A DNA stretch of 55,866 nucleotides from assembly GCA_010093815.1 (NCBI GenBank), contig ML996568.1; one strand, 5' to 3'. Origin of the DNA: Pseudovirgaria hyperparasitica (taxonomy: Eukaryota). Below, piece by piece: positions 26,433 to 39,191 of the stretch (positions are counted from its first letter, which is position 1; each line of letters opens with the position of its first letter). Below the pieces are notes generated by a model. That model was given only the letters and a program-made list of their open reading frames with translations. It did no database searches and was not told where the DNA came from. Position numbers and translations under genes: made by a program.

Positions 26433-27248
26433 GTTGCCTGATAGAGTGGCTCAAAGCTCCTTTGGGGGAATGTCTTTGTCTTGCTGCGCTCCTATGGCGG
26501 TAGTGGTAGTGGTGGAAGAACGAATCGAAGCGGCAGTCGGCGGAGATGGCATGGAGAGGTGTTGGGGAGTACGACACGCAGTAGCGAACAGGTGGCTGAG
26601 ATGTGTATCGGAGGGTGATGCGCGGTAGTGGTGATTGTAGGAAGTTGCTGTTGGTACAGTGCCAACTGTCGTAGGAAGCAGTAGGAAGAGGAGATGTGGG
26701 AGATGGAATGACGACAGCGCAGGCAGTTGAAGGTCGCAGCGCAAGTTGGGGTGAATTCGGTAGATGTGGGGCAGCAGACTGCGTTTTGTGGACCAGGTCA
26801 GGGGGCACGGGGACCTGGAAGGCTGGAAGGACGATGTGGAGAAAGCGGTGACCTCGAGATGAAACAGATGGCTTCCAATGCCAGAAGATGTGATGTAGGA
26901 TGTGTGATGTGTATATCTTGTGTCGTGGTTCTCAGCGCAGGCTGTCACATGCATGTAAAGAGAGTCCACCGAAGCCGCAGTAGGAGGGGAGAGAGGAGCT
27001 GAATAGTGTTAGGTGAGAGGTAATTATTGGGTCGAAAGAGGTGCGAGGACGAAGTCGGTTTCTTGCAGGAGGTGATGAAGAAGAACAATCAATGCAATGG
27101 GCGCTGGCTTGTAAGTAAAAGTTGTCGACTGGCTGGCTGGATGGAGTCTGTCCAGACTCCCTTCCCGTCACTAATTAATAAGAGTTCTTTCTCTACGCTA
27201 AACTTCTCCTGACTGTTCGACGCTCAGCAGTAGGTGAGCCGTGAGCAG

Positions 27249-27273
27249 TGAACAATGAACAATGAACAATGAA
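27249..27273. repeat. (TGAACAA)n heptamer tandem repeat
   Basis: 3.5 copies visible in the bHLH/TMEM135-like intergenic region. Confidence 0.8.
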
Positions 27274-28714
27274 TAGTGAGCATGTCTCTGACTGTCCAAC
27301 GGCGCGAACGGCCCCTCCCCCCCCGGCCCTGGTCGTGCACGTACAGCAATACCAGTAGTAGTGGACAGTGAATATTAGTTACAGTACTGTAAGGCCGCGT
27401 GTGGAAATAAAGTGACCCCGGATTTGCGGTTGGAGCTTTGGAGCTCTTGCAGGGGGACGCGCGCCTGAAGTAGCTGGAAACGTGGGGTAATTAATTAGCT
27501 ATGGATGGATACTATACCTACAGTACGTAACTTATCCTCCGCGGTTCGCCGACACCGATTTGGACATTTTCCTACGCAGTACACTTCTACTTGTGCCTAT
27601 TTGCATGTACAGACTAACCAAATAAAAGTCTCTTTGTACAGCTAATATGAAGGGATGAGTCGGTGACTGGTGCCGGTGCTGGTGTTGGTACTAGCACAAA
27701 CGCCAAACGCCACAGCTGTCTCATCGTTCTCCTCTAACGTGGTCGAGCCGCATCATCACACTAGTGAATACTAGTCATAAGTATGTAGGTAGTATGGCAG
27801 ACTTTGGAATAGTCTTTCACAAAACAAGCTATCTACTTCATCATCAGAATTACTATGATATGGTGTGAGTCCAAGGTAAATAGAAGATAGATATAGGAGA
27901 TAGTCATGAAAACAACAGACATACTATATTCTTATCATCTTCATCTTCGTAAATCCTATCTGACCATGCTTGCAAGTGAGTAAGTTCTTAGTACACGTGT
28001 ATACATAAGTTGTATTATCTAAACAAGCATTGGCGATAACAGCGTTACTGATGTGCAGTTGGCTGATGCCCGCTGAGATAAGTTTGACGTTGGGTCCCGT
28101 CCCGTGTGCAGTAATTAATCGCCGCTCTAAGGATGTAGCTCCTACGCACGACAAGCGTCGTGGCTAATTAAGGTGAACGTTGGTCCCAAGTTACTGTAGG
28201 AAGAATATAAGAGAATAAAAATGCCCAGACTGAGACTTAGACTCAGCGAGGTAATTATACTGGACCTAAGCCTCTCCATCGAACGGCTCGCGTTGCTTCA
28301 CTCCATCCTCGTTATTATTTCTGTTCCTGCGCTACTGCAGCCTGGTCGACCTCCCCACCAAGTCGCACTCACTGCTTCTGCCTCGGCTTGCTGCTCTTTC
28401 TGACGATCTCGCGTCGCTTTTTGACGTCGCCTCACCTGCAGCTCCAATCTACACCCGCTGAGACAATCCGGGTTGACTTAACTCTACGCATCCAATCTCT
28501 GCTGCTTGCTGCACCTCGATCCATCAAATGTAGCATTCTTCACACACATCGCTTTTCGTGCCTCGGCGTTCTGTCCACTAGCACTGCTCCGAAACCTCCC
28601 GAGCTTTGCTAACTTCTGTGAGCGCGTCGTTCGCTTCATGGCTCCAGTTTGTTGATCTTGGGTTGCTTAGAGTGCATCATACATGCACCCTTTGAGCTCC
28701 TCTGACATCCAACA

Positions 28715-30571
28715 ATGACTCAATCAATCAGTCGTCCGCTTTACTCACTAAGACCGTATGTGGATATTTCTCCCAAATGTCTACTATCCCTTCCCATCTT
28801 GATGCATACTAACTCCTATGCCTCGTTGCATGCAGCTTCATTCAGGCGTACATGCTGGCGTACCTGTCTTCTACTGTCCCTTCGCTGATCAGTCTCTCCA
28901 TTGTCGTCTTACGTCGGAGATCGAGTGCTGCCGCGGCACTGACAAGAGTGGGTGATTCTTACTTCTTCTTTCACTATCCAATCCCAGCCCTCCAAGCAGG
29001 CTCCCACAAGCACGTCTTGCCTCCTACGGCTACGAATATCCCGAGACTACTTCTGAAAACCAAACAAATAACGCTGATTCACACATACTGCAGTTACGGC
29101 AGATCTTGTCTGCAGCCACTGGTCTCCACCGTTTCCCCGCCTTCTGTGCCGCCTTGATCGGAGGGTCAACTTTACTGCAGACTCCTTTTCGAATCATACT
29201 TGGATATCTGACTAAGCGTGGTCCAGCCACTGGCAAGCCTTCCCTTTTGATTCAACGTCTAGCAAGGTTTCTTGCAGCATTGTTGTCTTCCTATGTCTCC
29301 TTTATTTTTCTGAACAGTACTCCCGTCCAGTCGTCACATCCTGGTCATGATGTGCAAGAGTATCATGGCGCCGCCGTACAGCCGTTGGACAATGGCGAAG
29401 CTTCACTCAACGAACTTCGAAAAGTCACCTCGAGAGAATTGCCAAGCGACATAGCAGCTGTGCCTGCCCAGGCAATGACCGTGGATATTCTATCCCGTCC
29501 TCCAGGATCGCTCGCCGGAAAGTCCATGGATCTTACTCTACTGGCTTTTACTCGGGCTGCAGATATAGTAATTACCTCAATATGGTCTGCCAGTGGGCCA
29601 CACTCTACGAGGACAAACCGGATAGCCTCTTTCTCCACACCTACCCTTTTCTCCCTGTCTGCAGCAACCATCATGCATGCTTGGTTTTACGCCCCGCATG
29701 CCCTGCCTAGAACATATGTCAAGTGGATTTCTGCCGCGGCTGAGCTGGATCCTCGTTTGCTGCTTGCGCTGCGTCAAGCCCGTTATGGTAACTTCGTGTA
29801 CGGCAAGGAGACGGGAATAGGCTCACTCTTGGGCAGCATGGCAGTCGACCACGGCCTACCCTTTGAAAAGGGCGATCCTGCTAAGACCATCCCGGTCGCG
29901 TGTGAGATTGTCCATTCCGGCGCGGGACCTAGCTGCGAAGTCCACGGTCTCGTTCGCTTTGCGCAAGGCTGGATGTTCGCGGCCAAGATGTACGCCCCCT
30001 TGCAGCTCCTCATACTGCTCCGGAAACTTCAAAGTGGTCGACTGGGCTCTTCTGCTGCCAAGAAGAGCGCGTTCATACGAGCTATCGCGGGCACGGCGCG
30101 CAGCTCTGCGTTCTTGGGTGCCTTCATCTCCTTGTTCTACTACGGCGTCTGTCTCGGGCGGACGCGGCTTGGACCTCGTATCTTCAGTCGCAAGACTGTG
30201 ACGCCGCAGATGTGGGACGGTGGATTGTGTGTGCTATCCGGGTGTATGGCCTGTGGCTGGAGCATCCTCGTCGAGCGCTCGAACCGGCGAGAGGAGCTGC
30301 TCTTCTTTGTCCTTCCGCGTGCTCTCAGCGCGTGGTTTCCGCGCCGTTACCTGCGTGAGGTAAGTCTACCCGAAAACCCCTCCTTTTAAATCGCAGCTAT
30401 ACGTAGCATCTTCCAAGAGATTTGAGATTTTGACACGTCTACAACTAGAATCAATGGAAAGAGCACCTCACGTTCTCATTCAGCGCCGCCCTCGTACTCG
30501 CTGCCGTCCAGGAACGTTCTGAAAAAGTCCGTGGTCTGCTGGGCAGTGTGCTCTCGCAGCTCCTCAGATGA
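28715..30571 (+). CDS. Integral membrane protein, TMEM135/PMP24-like
   Basis: Exons ~28715-28755, 28836-28947, 29103-~30359, 30449-30571. Motifs LRPFIQAYMLAY, HRFPAFCAALIGGST, GKSMDLTLLAFTRAAD, IMHAWFYAPHALPRTYVKWI, ARSSAFLGAF and RREELLFFVLPRAL. Confidence 0.75.
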
Positions 30572-31672
30572 AGCCTGGGGCTTGGCTGTTAGTAGTACCT
30601 GTGTCTTTTTCGACATGAGGCTCTTCTGCGCATTAAAGAGAATCTAACACCTTCTCTTGCGCAAAATAATCAATAACAGGGCTTACTTAATTAATCTTTC
30701 GAAATTCTACATCCACTCAGCCCAACTATAATATACGCATCGCCCATCTGAAGGTAGTCAGATGACGTCAGTCTCAAGTCCGAAACTCCCGAGTCAACCC
30801 GCCCAGGTCGTACCACAGCAAAGTCAAACAAAAGCCAACATCTGGATATGGCCTCGCCAGCTATCCTAGAATGTGTCAGCGTGCCAGATGTACGCTACCT
30901 CCCCTGAGCGCTGTCATCTAAGAAAAAGCATCCCGAAGAAAACAGCACTTCGGTTCTTTGCACCAATTAATACCTACCGCTTTTTGGGTTTCACTATATC
31001 CCTTGTTATATATATGTTTTTTTCCTAAATCTGATAGATGTATAATAGTATGTCCATCCATGATGATATGCGCTTCATGTCGAGAGGTTGAACCAGGTAC
31101 AAAGGAAGACGTTTGTTCTATTATGACATGACTGGGTTGTTGGATTGGTGGTTGGGTAGTTGTACATGAATGGTTGTGATATATAATATATATAAGGTTA
31201 GAACTTTTTTATTTCTTGGAGGGTGTTTCGGTCCGCCGTTCACGGGTCTGCTAACCTACTAATCTAGTTATCTGGTACCACCTCTCTTTTTGTCCTTGTA
31301 TTTTCTCTTCTAAAAGGATGCTCGTGTTCGTGTGTGTATGGATTAATAATGTATGCATCTTATGTATGTATGCAATTCGTCGTCATTCGTGGTGCGCGTG
31401 TCATATTTTCCATCCTTCCGTCTGTCCATCCTTCCATCCTAAGTTCCGTCCGTCTGTCCGGCCGTCATTTCGTGTCTCCAAAACAGTTACTCTTACTACT
31501 ACTATAACAACTCCTACAAGGCGCTTCGAGATGCCAAGACCAGGCCATAAAACCCCCCGAAAGCCTTCCTTCTGGTAGGACCGTCAAGAAAAACCCACAC
31601 AATTACACAATCATCCACACCACTCAGCTCATTCATTCATTCACTCAATCCATCATTCAATCATGCAATCAT

Positions 31673-34502
31673 TCATTCATACTTTCGCCAATCCGCCGCC
31701 AGCCGATCCATCTCATACTGCATCATCCGCTGCTGCTCCAGCAGACCACCAGACGCATTGCGATCCCGGCCGCGCCCATCAAGCCCCTCCTCAGCCGCCT
31801 TCTTAGTCGCCCTGTCCATTCTCCGTTCCAACGTGCTGATGCGCGCGCGATATCGATCCTCTTCGCGCTTGCGCTCGCGCGCTTTCGCCGCAAGAGTGTC
31901 GTAGTCGTTGTATTCGTCGCTGTCGGCCCAGAGCTTTTGCATGGACTTGGGATACATCTGGCAGGACACGCCGTTGGCGTCGAGACTGCGGGGCAGGTAT
32001 GTGGGCTTGGCGAGGAAGCGGTCGGCGAGATAGCCTTCCGCGATGTAGGGCTTGATGTGTTTCGTGTAGCACTCGCTGCAGACTGTGAATTCGGGGAGCC
32101 GGGGTATGTAGTGCCATTTTGCGTTGGTTATGAAGAACCCACGAGTGCATGGTGGGGGTGGTTGTGAGACCGATGTGGTGAGCTGGCGCTCTGGGGTGCT
32201 GGGGAACAGCGCGACCAAAGGCTTCATGTTGGGCATGCAGTAGCCCTGGTGCTTTGTCTCAGCTACGGCCTTCTCGTCGATAGCATGCAAAACATCGAGG
32301 TAGGACGTGAACTCGGGGCTTGAGGGTCGGCCAAGAGTACAGCGGTGTGGGCTGCGCTCGCGGGGTTGGGGAATGATGGTGAACATGCCCTTGAGCGTGG
32401 AAAAAAGGGCTTCGAGTTGGTGGATATCGTACGGACAGATGAATAGATCTGGTACGAATTTGCCCTCGTGTTTTAGCCCATACCACACGCCAGGAATTTT
32501 TTCATTCTTAGGGCATTCGCTTTCTTTCTCCGCGATCTCGGCGAGATCCTTGATTAGCCCCAAGTCTCTTTCTCTTCGCCACTTGGTCAAGGTAAATGCC
32601 ATGCGGACCCATGCCGAGTCGAAGCTACACCGCAGTTTGACACCAGGTCGGTATCGCGGCCGTTTTATCTCGTCGTCATGATCGAAAATGGTACCGGCGA
32701 TATGATTTTTGTAGCAGTCACGGCAGATGGCAAATTTGCTATAGCCTTGAATAGCGACCCAGTCATCGTGATGTGTCGTCCAGCCAGGCCTCGGGCAAGA
32801 CTTCATTTGTAAGACTCGCTCTGTTTTACGACGAGACTCGGAGTCTGATTCGGAACCATAAGAGTCCTTATGTCGATGTTTCGAAGTCGGAGAGTCCGTG
32901 CCAGAGCCAGTGGAATCTGTGTATCGATGTGTCAGAATTGGTCTTGTTGTTGCATTTTTTGGGCTGTGTCGTGTTGGCGACGAAGGTCGTGAAGATGATT
33001 TTTTCCAAGACTGCGCCTTGTTGACATCAAGTTCAGGCAAACGTTGTCGCTGTATAGGAGCTTCTACAGTTGGAATATAGACGCCATCCGAGCCATGGTC
33101 ATCGTCAGGATACGGTAGCTTCGATTTCCGGGCTGGAGTCGTTGCTTGCACTTTGATTACCGGACTTGGAGGTGGTAGAGTGTCGTGTCGCAATGACGAG
33201 GAGACTCTGGGCTCTGGCCTCACCCGCGAGTCGCCGCTGGAATATGTAGAAGGATATCTATCGGCATCGCGAGTTCGCGGGGGTGAAGGAACACTATTAT
33301 TATGGATCGGAGAGACAGGTCGCGAAGTTGGTTTGGAGCTAGACCTAGGAAAGGTTGGTTGTTCCTTCTCCCATGGTGACCGGGGTGGCGATGGTGGGTA
33401 CGAGGGTTCCTTCAACTGCGCCGAGCTCGGTACGGCGGTCGCAGGCCTCAAATGGCTATCTGAGTCCGGATAGCTGTTCCTAGGAGAATTGTTCTTTGAG
33501 CTGGCGGAGGTCTGCTGCGTGTGGATTTTCTGAGCTCTTTGGTTCGGAGGAGGGGTAGATGCCTGTGATGATGTGCCACTTCCGGGAGTGTCCGAGAACC
33601 TGACATTCGATTGCTTGGATGTTGCCTCCTTCTTGAGATCTTGTAAGGAAGCCCTTATATCTTCGCGTGCGTGATCACTGGAGCTAGGCGCAAAGGAGTA
33701 ACGTGCGGGTCGCCTGGTATTTTTCAAGAGCTCCTCATCAAGCTCGACATCCGAGTCCTCGAATGTGCTGTTTGCGTCTGAAGTCATTGCTGATGAGCGT
33801 TGCGACTTTGGCCGTGGTTTCCGATCCTCAGGCGGAGCCAATCTTGGCGTGCTCGAGTAGGAGGGTGTCATTGGCTTTGGAGATAGATAGAAGTCCCCTG
33901 GTTCTCGCTTGCTGGGTTTGTCTGAGTCCCTCGAGAACGCATATGGACTCGGCTCTCTCCTCGAGTAAAGATTTGCTTCTTCGATATCAGTATTCAGCGC
34001 CGGCATCCTGTTAAAACGTGACCTCCTCCGCTCGCGTGTAGGTGTATCTTGCTCATCGTCATTAGACCCTCTCCCGACAATGACAAAGCGGTCTTCCTTG
34101 TTCTCCGGAACAAAGGATGGAGGATCGACATCCTCAATAATTGGATTCTGATCAGGAGTGCCGCGGGCAGGGACATCGTCACGGGGATCAGTCAGGGATG
34201 CATTGCCAAACTCTTTGGCAAGAGCGTCGGATTCATCGTCTACGCTCGGTGATGGAGGCCATCGCCGCCGTTCACTGCGATTATAAGCGGAGCTGGCACT
34301 CGAGAGATATGAGGGGTCGTTGTAGGGGGACGAGCGCGGAATGTTTTCGTAGTGTCTCGGACTGTTGGGTGCACGCAATATTAGCTTGTGGATGGTAGCG
34401 ATGATGTCTCACTTACTTATAGTAGTGACTGGAGTCGTAGTCGCGGGGACGAGTGGTATAGGGATCACGCAGACGATCGTGGGAGTAATCGTAGGACGGC
34501 AT
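31673..34502 (-). CDS. Conserved fungal hypothetical protein with a long Ser/Pro/Arg-rich disordered N-terminus and C-terminal Cys-repeat modules
   Basis: 901-aa ORF plus first exon MPSYDYSHDRLRDPY (ATG 34502, GTAAGT..GCTAAT..CAG intron). Repeated C-x(n)-W-x(n)-F-x-I/V-CxxC/D units and a terminal coiled coil. Confidence 0.85.
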
Positions 34503-35229
34503 TAGGGAAGAGAGCGACAGAGGAGGAGTGAAGAGGATAGTGGAAAAGAGAGAGTATTTGACGGATACGAATTACATGGGTACGAAGGCTTGGTGGTGGA
34601 GAGAGAGTGTGCATGCAGCAGACCGGAAGGGTGGCTGTCGGTGTGGAGCGGAGGATTGGAGTCAGAAGGAGTCGTAGGTTGTAGTGTAGGTAAGTAAGTG
34701 GCCATAAGAGATTACAATTACATGATCGGAAGGCGAAACGACTAAGCCAGCCGTAGATGACCGGACTCGACAAGAATGGTCACGCTGGTCGGAAGAGAGG
34801 ATGAGGGCGAGAGTATTCAAGGTGATGAGCAAACAATGAGTGACGACACAGCGTCAACATTACACCGTCTTGCGCGTCCAACGAGTACTTGTGGTGTACC
34901 AGTAATTAACTAATTAGGTACCTAGTAATGTACAGAGAGAGTGAGCAGTACTCGTCCAAGTACTCTGCGTACCTGAACGACGTTGGAAACCCATCCATCC
35001 CTTGTCATTATACTACTAGGTACCTAGTAGCACACGCTGATCTGGAGGGGTAATTTTATAAGGCGAACAAAAAGGCAGCAGCTGGGGATTATCAATTATT
35101 AGGCGACAAGGCGAACAGGTGAAGAGGCGAACACCGCTCATCAGATCCAGCCAGCAGCAGATCGACAAACCGCCTGCCGCCTGCCCTGGCTGCTTCAGGC
35201 AAAGTTCGCTGAGGACCCTGCAGCAGAGA

Positions 35230-35289
35230 CAGTGGGCAGTGGGCAGTGGTTAGTGGTTAGTGGGCAATGGGCAGTGGGCAGTGGGCAGT
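35230..35289. repeat. (CAGTGGG)n-like heptamer minisatellite
   Basis: About 8.5 near-perfect copies (CAGTGGG/TAGTGGT variants). Confidence 0.85.
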
Positions 35290-36414
35290 ATGTACTGAGT
35301 ACTGTTAAGGCCCCCCGGATATGCGCCCATTGACCGCTTCTTCCATGCCCTGCACCAATCAAATTCCCTGCCCGGCCCTTTCCGCCACTGCACTGTCGCA
35401 ACAGCCCCAGCCCCAAGCCTTCCAGCCCTATACCAACTACCCTTCATCGTAAACGCCATCAAGGCAGACAAGATGCCTTATCCATGCGCGTTCCTGCTTA
35501 GCGTTTGCCCTCTTGCCATACATATATTGGGTCTCGCCGTATTCTGTTGGCTATCGCAGATGTAGGTGTCTTAAGGGCGTAGAGTGGCTATATTCTTCGT
35601 TGGATAGGTGGAATATGGGTGGTCAGGTGTTGGGGAGTGTGTGTATATGTCCTGCTGGATACGTAAGGATGGAGGGCTTATTAGGCGGGTAGGTGTGGAT
35701 ATTGTGTGATGGATATAATGGATCTGAGGGTTTGTTCTTGGGTGAATCTGAGGTATGTCGTGCTGTTTGTAGTATATCCTAAGCCTTCATGTTGAGCGGA
35801 CGTCTATATGTTATGTTTTGAACAGCGATTTTGGACCTCATCATCAAGCAAACCTCTGCTACACTGCACTATCACCAGCATCCTCAGGTCCTCCCAGTGG
35901 AGCAAACACCTTGACGCCCCGTTACCACCACCAAAACCCAAGCATCAAGATCACTGCAATCCACCATCTGCTCTACTAGCAATCTCAAGATCATCACCAC
36001 AAGCAAGCACACATCACCAATATCACCAACACCAGACGCACAATTTTTGGTGGGAGATGGCCATTAAATTAAACCATCTCCCCTTTTCTAAGATATTTTT
36101 TAATGTGCAAGAAGCACGAAACTAAACGAGTGGACGGTCCCCCTGCCGCCGCAATAGGCGCAGGGGGACCAGAAACGGCCAACGACGGACCGGACAGCAA
36201 GAACAACGCAACCGGCGCCCATCGGCGCCCCCAGCAGGTGGTGGAGGAACAGCGGTAACGACAGTGATGACAAAAGAAAAAAAGAAAAAGGAAAGGAAGG
36301 AACAAAGGAAAGAAACAAGCAAAGAGGGTGAGTGCAGCAGCAGCAGCAGCGGCAGCGGCAAACGGCACGACACAACACAGAACGCCAAACTCCAGAGGGA
36401 AAAGCCAGCAACGC

Positions 36415-38489
36415 CTACGCGGAGCTCTGCGCGGCCCAGTACGCTGCGAACGCCTTGCGCTCCGCCGTGCTCTCCATCTCCCAGGCCTGTCCGGCCAGCA
36501 CGATGCTCTGGGTGAGGCGGACCTCATACCTCTTCACAATGCGGACATTGTACTCCGCACGACGCTCGGCAGCGAGCCAAGCAGCATGTAGCCTAACGAG
36601 CGCTGCATGCATCTTAACATAGGACTCGCGGACGGCGTGCTCAATGTTGTCGTTGTCCGCGTCGACGATGCGCTCGACGACGCTGCTGAAGAGAGCCTTG
36701 TCGGCCACGTGTGGCTCGAGGAGGGAGACGAGTGCCAGGACGGCAGGTGCAAACGACGGATTCGTCGTTGCTTCGGTAATGGACGCGGGGGGCGCGCCGG
36801 CCTCTGCGAGCATGGCCTTGAGCTTGTTGATCTGGGCAGGCGAAGCGACGGGACCGCAGAGGTGCTCGAGGAGCATGTTGTGAGTTCTGCCAATGTGGAT
36901 GCACGTGTTTACGAGATCGCCGCGGTACATGCTTTCGTCCTCTGCGATTTGTTTGTTCAAGCGGAGTTCTGCTGTCTGCTCCATGACTTCTGCCTTCTGG
37001 CGATCATCGCACGCGATCATGGCTTGCCTGTGCTGTTCCTTCATGTCGGCGAGTTGTCTGGCGTGATTGGCTTGCATCTGGGCCATCTTGGACTGAGCCT
37101 CCTTCAGACTGGAGCTGGCCACCTTGAGATCGGAGCTGATCAACTTGCTCTCAGAAACCACAGCGTGGACTCGCTTCGGATAGAGTTCAACGAGAGAGAT
37201 AACATCTTGCGAGAGGTCGGTATTGAATAGCACGGCGGCGGTGAGTTCGCGAAAGTGATCCTTCAGCTCTGGGACGACATCGAAAACCGTGTGAGGCACA
37301 CTAGAAATACCAGAAGAAGACCACACCCGAAGCAAGGACTTGTAGAGCGGCTCTTGAGCCGTGTGGACATTCTCTTTTCCGGTGAAAGAGCCGGGGTGTC
37401 GCTTGTGTGGTACTGTGAAAGCCGACGAGGCCGCGATTGGGATGTTGACATGACGTACTTGCATATTCCTGTCTTGTGCGGATGGAATGTCGTCAAAGAA
37501 GCCGTCTCCTCCGGGCACGGGCATGCTAGAAGCATCATTGAGGGTGGTGCGTCTCGAAGGACTCGGCTGACTCTCTCTGAGCGGACGAAAGCGGCTGCTA
37601 CGACGAGGAGTGGTAGGCTCGGGACTTGAGGAGCTGCCCAATCCATGCAAGCTTGCCATGAGGGTCAGGCGTTGAGGGTCAAAGGTCTCTTCAATTGGGT
37701 CCTCCTGTATAGGAGTTGCCATGAGATTAGCAAGAGGTCTCAACGCCAAGCCACGTCTGCGTGAACGATTCCATACCTGAGTGCTTCCGGTGTAGACTGA
37801 GTTGACATGAGGGTTATTGTTCGAGGGAGGCGATGTACTACCCCTCAGTTGCTCTGTCAAGCGCTGATTCTCATCGATTGCCGTCGCAAGGGCTTGACGA
37901 GCATCGTCTTGTGACATTGAGCTCCGGTTCATGACAAGATCAAGCTGTGCTCGCATACGATGATTGTCTTCCATTATACGCCGACGTACTGCTGCATCAG
38001 AATCAGCCACAGTCGGCGGGTTCTCCCAGGTCGGATTGTCCAAGGCCGTCAAGGTCGGTGGGCCATTGGGGATGCTCTGCTACCGTTAATCATGTACAGA
38101 CAAGACAGAGACACCAACTTACTGTTGGGGCAACCTCGAGCGGAGCCTCGTCAACTATGGCTAAGTGGTCTTGAGAATGAACCCCATTGGCATCAGGAAC
38201 AACGTCTTCGATGACTGAATTTGCGGAAGTGGAAACCGTATCGGGAGTGATGAAGCGAGCAGTGTTGTCTACATCAATGTTTAGAAGACGCAGCCCTTCA
38301 CAAGAACGATCAATAGAGCTTGATGTACCTAGATCTGAGGTCAGACTTGTTTTACATACATGGTAGTGTGTTCAGGAACAAGCTGCTCGGCTTACCTGGC
38401 TCAAGTTCTTCAACCCTTCCGTGGTGATCCTCATCTGTTACGTCGACGGCACGATCCTTGCCGCTGCGGGAGCTGTCTGATGGGTTCAT
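36415..38489 (-). CDS. Hypothetical protein with coiled-coil segments (orphan-like)
   Basis: 545-aa ORF extended by two upstream exons (ATG 38489 MNPSDSSRSGKD; introns with GTAAGC/GTAAGT donors and TAG acceptors) that stay in frame. No family recognised. Confidence 0.75.
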
Positions 38490-39191
38490 GGTGTCTAATG
38501 GTGTTGAACTAATCGTACGCTACGTGTTGTCAACTTCCGTTTCCAGCCAGAGTAATCCAAAATATCACAACAACAACAGCAATGACGCCAAGAGCGATAC
38601 GAACTCTGGTGTGTGTAGCCAAGACGGTCCAAGAGAGACCAAGAGAGGTAAAGGAGTGTCGTGGAGATAAAAGTACAAATAATACAAATAATTGATACAG
38701 GAACAGCAGTAACAAATTTCTCTGAAAGTGTGTTGAAGAAGGAAGGGAGAGAGACCGCCCATCGTTGACTGAAATACTTCTGTGGGCCTTGGCATTACCG
38801 GACGCCATGGTTACGTGACAGTTTGATACCTTATCAACAAGAGGCGGTGAGCATAGCAGAACCTGGGGAAGGTCCTGGCCTGAATGTTGACAAGTGAACA
38901 ACGGCAGAATGTGTCAACAGCCGGACGCGTCACCGATCCAGACCCTGTGTGAACACCCAGATCTTGCCCAACCCAAGGATGAAATGACGTGGAATTGTTT
39001 ACTGCCAACAACATCTCATTTGATCAATATCTTACGTGGGTTAGATAAATACCACACGGTCTTATGCTGTCTCCAAGGCATGCCTCCAGAAGTATGAAAT
39101 CGCTAACTGACCTAGGCATCCGAACCTGTTATACTCAAAAGACATGCTGGAACCGCCCATTGTGAGGTAAAATCTCACACAATACTACTCA

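Noticed and set aside
26386..27212. Several 80-170 aa ORFs upstream of the bHLH gene
   Set aside because: Low-complexity CT/GA-rich leader/promoter sequence yields spurious ORFs; no protein-family signal.
35230..35289. Heptamer repeat as telomeric or CRISPR-like array
   Set aside because: Not TTAGGG, no spacers, and the context is eukaryotic; an ordinary minisatellite.
38530..38901. Hydrophobic 123-aa ORF between RFC1 and the orphan gene
   Set aside because: Derived from T-rich leader sequence with no clear splice connection or homology signal; likely the 5' UTR/promoter of the 38489 gene.
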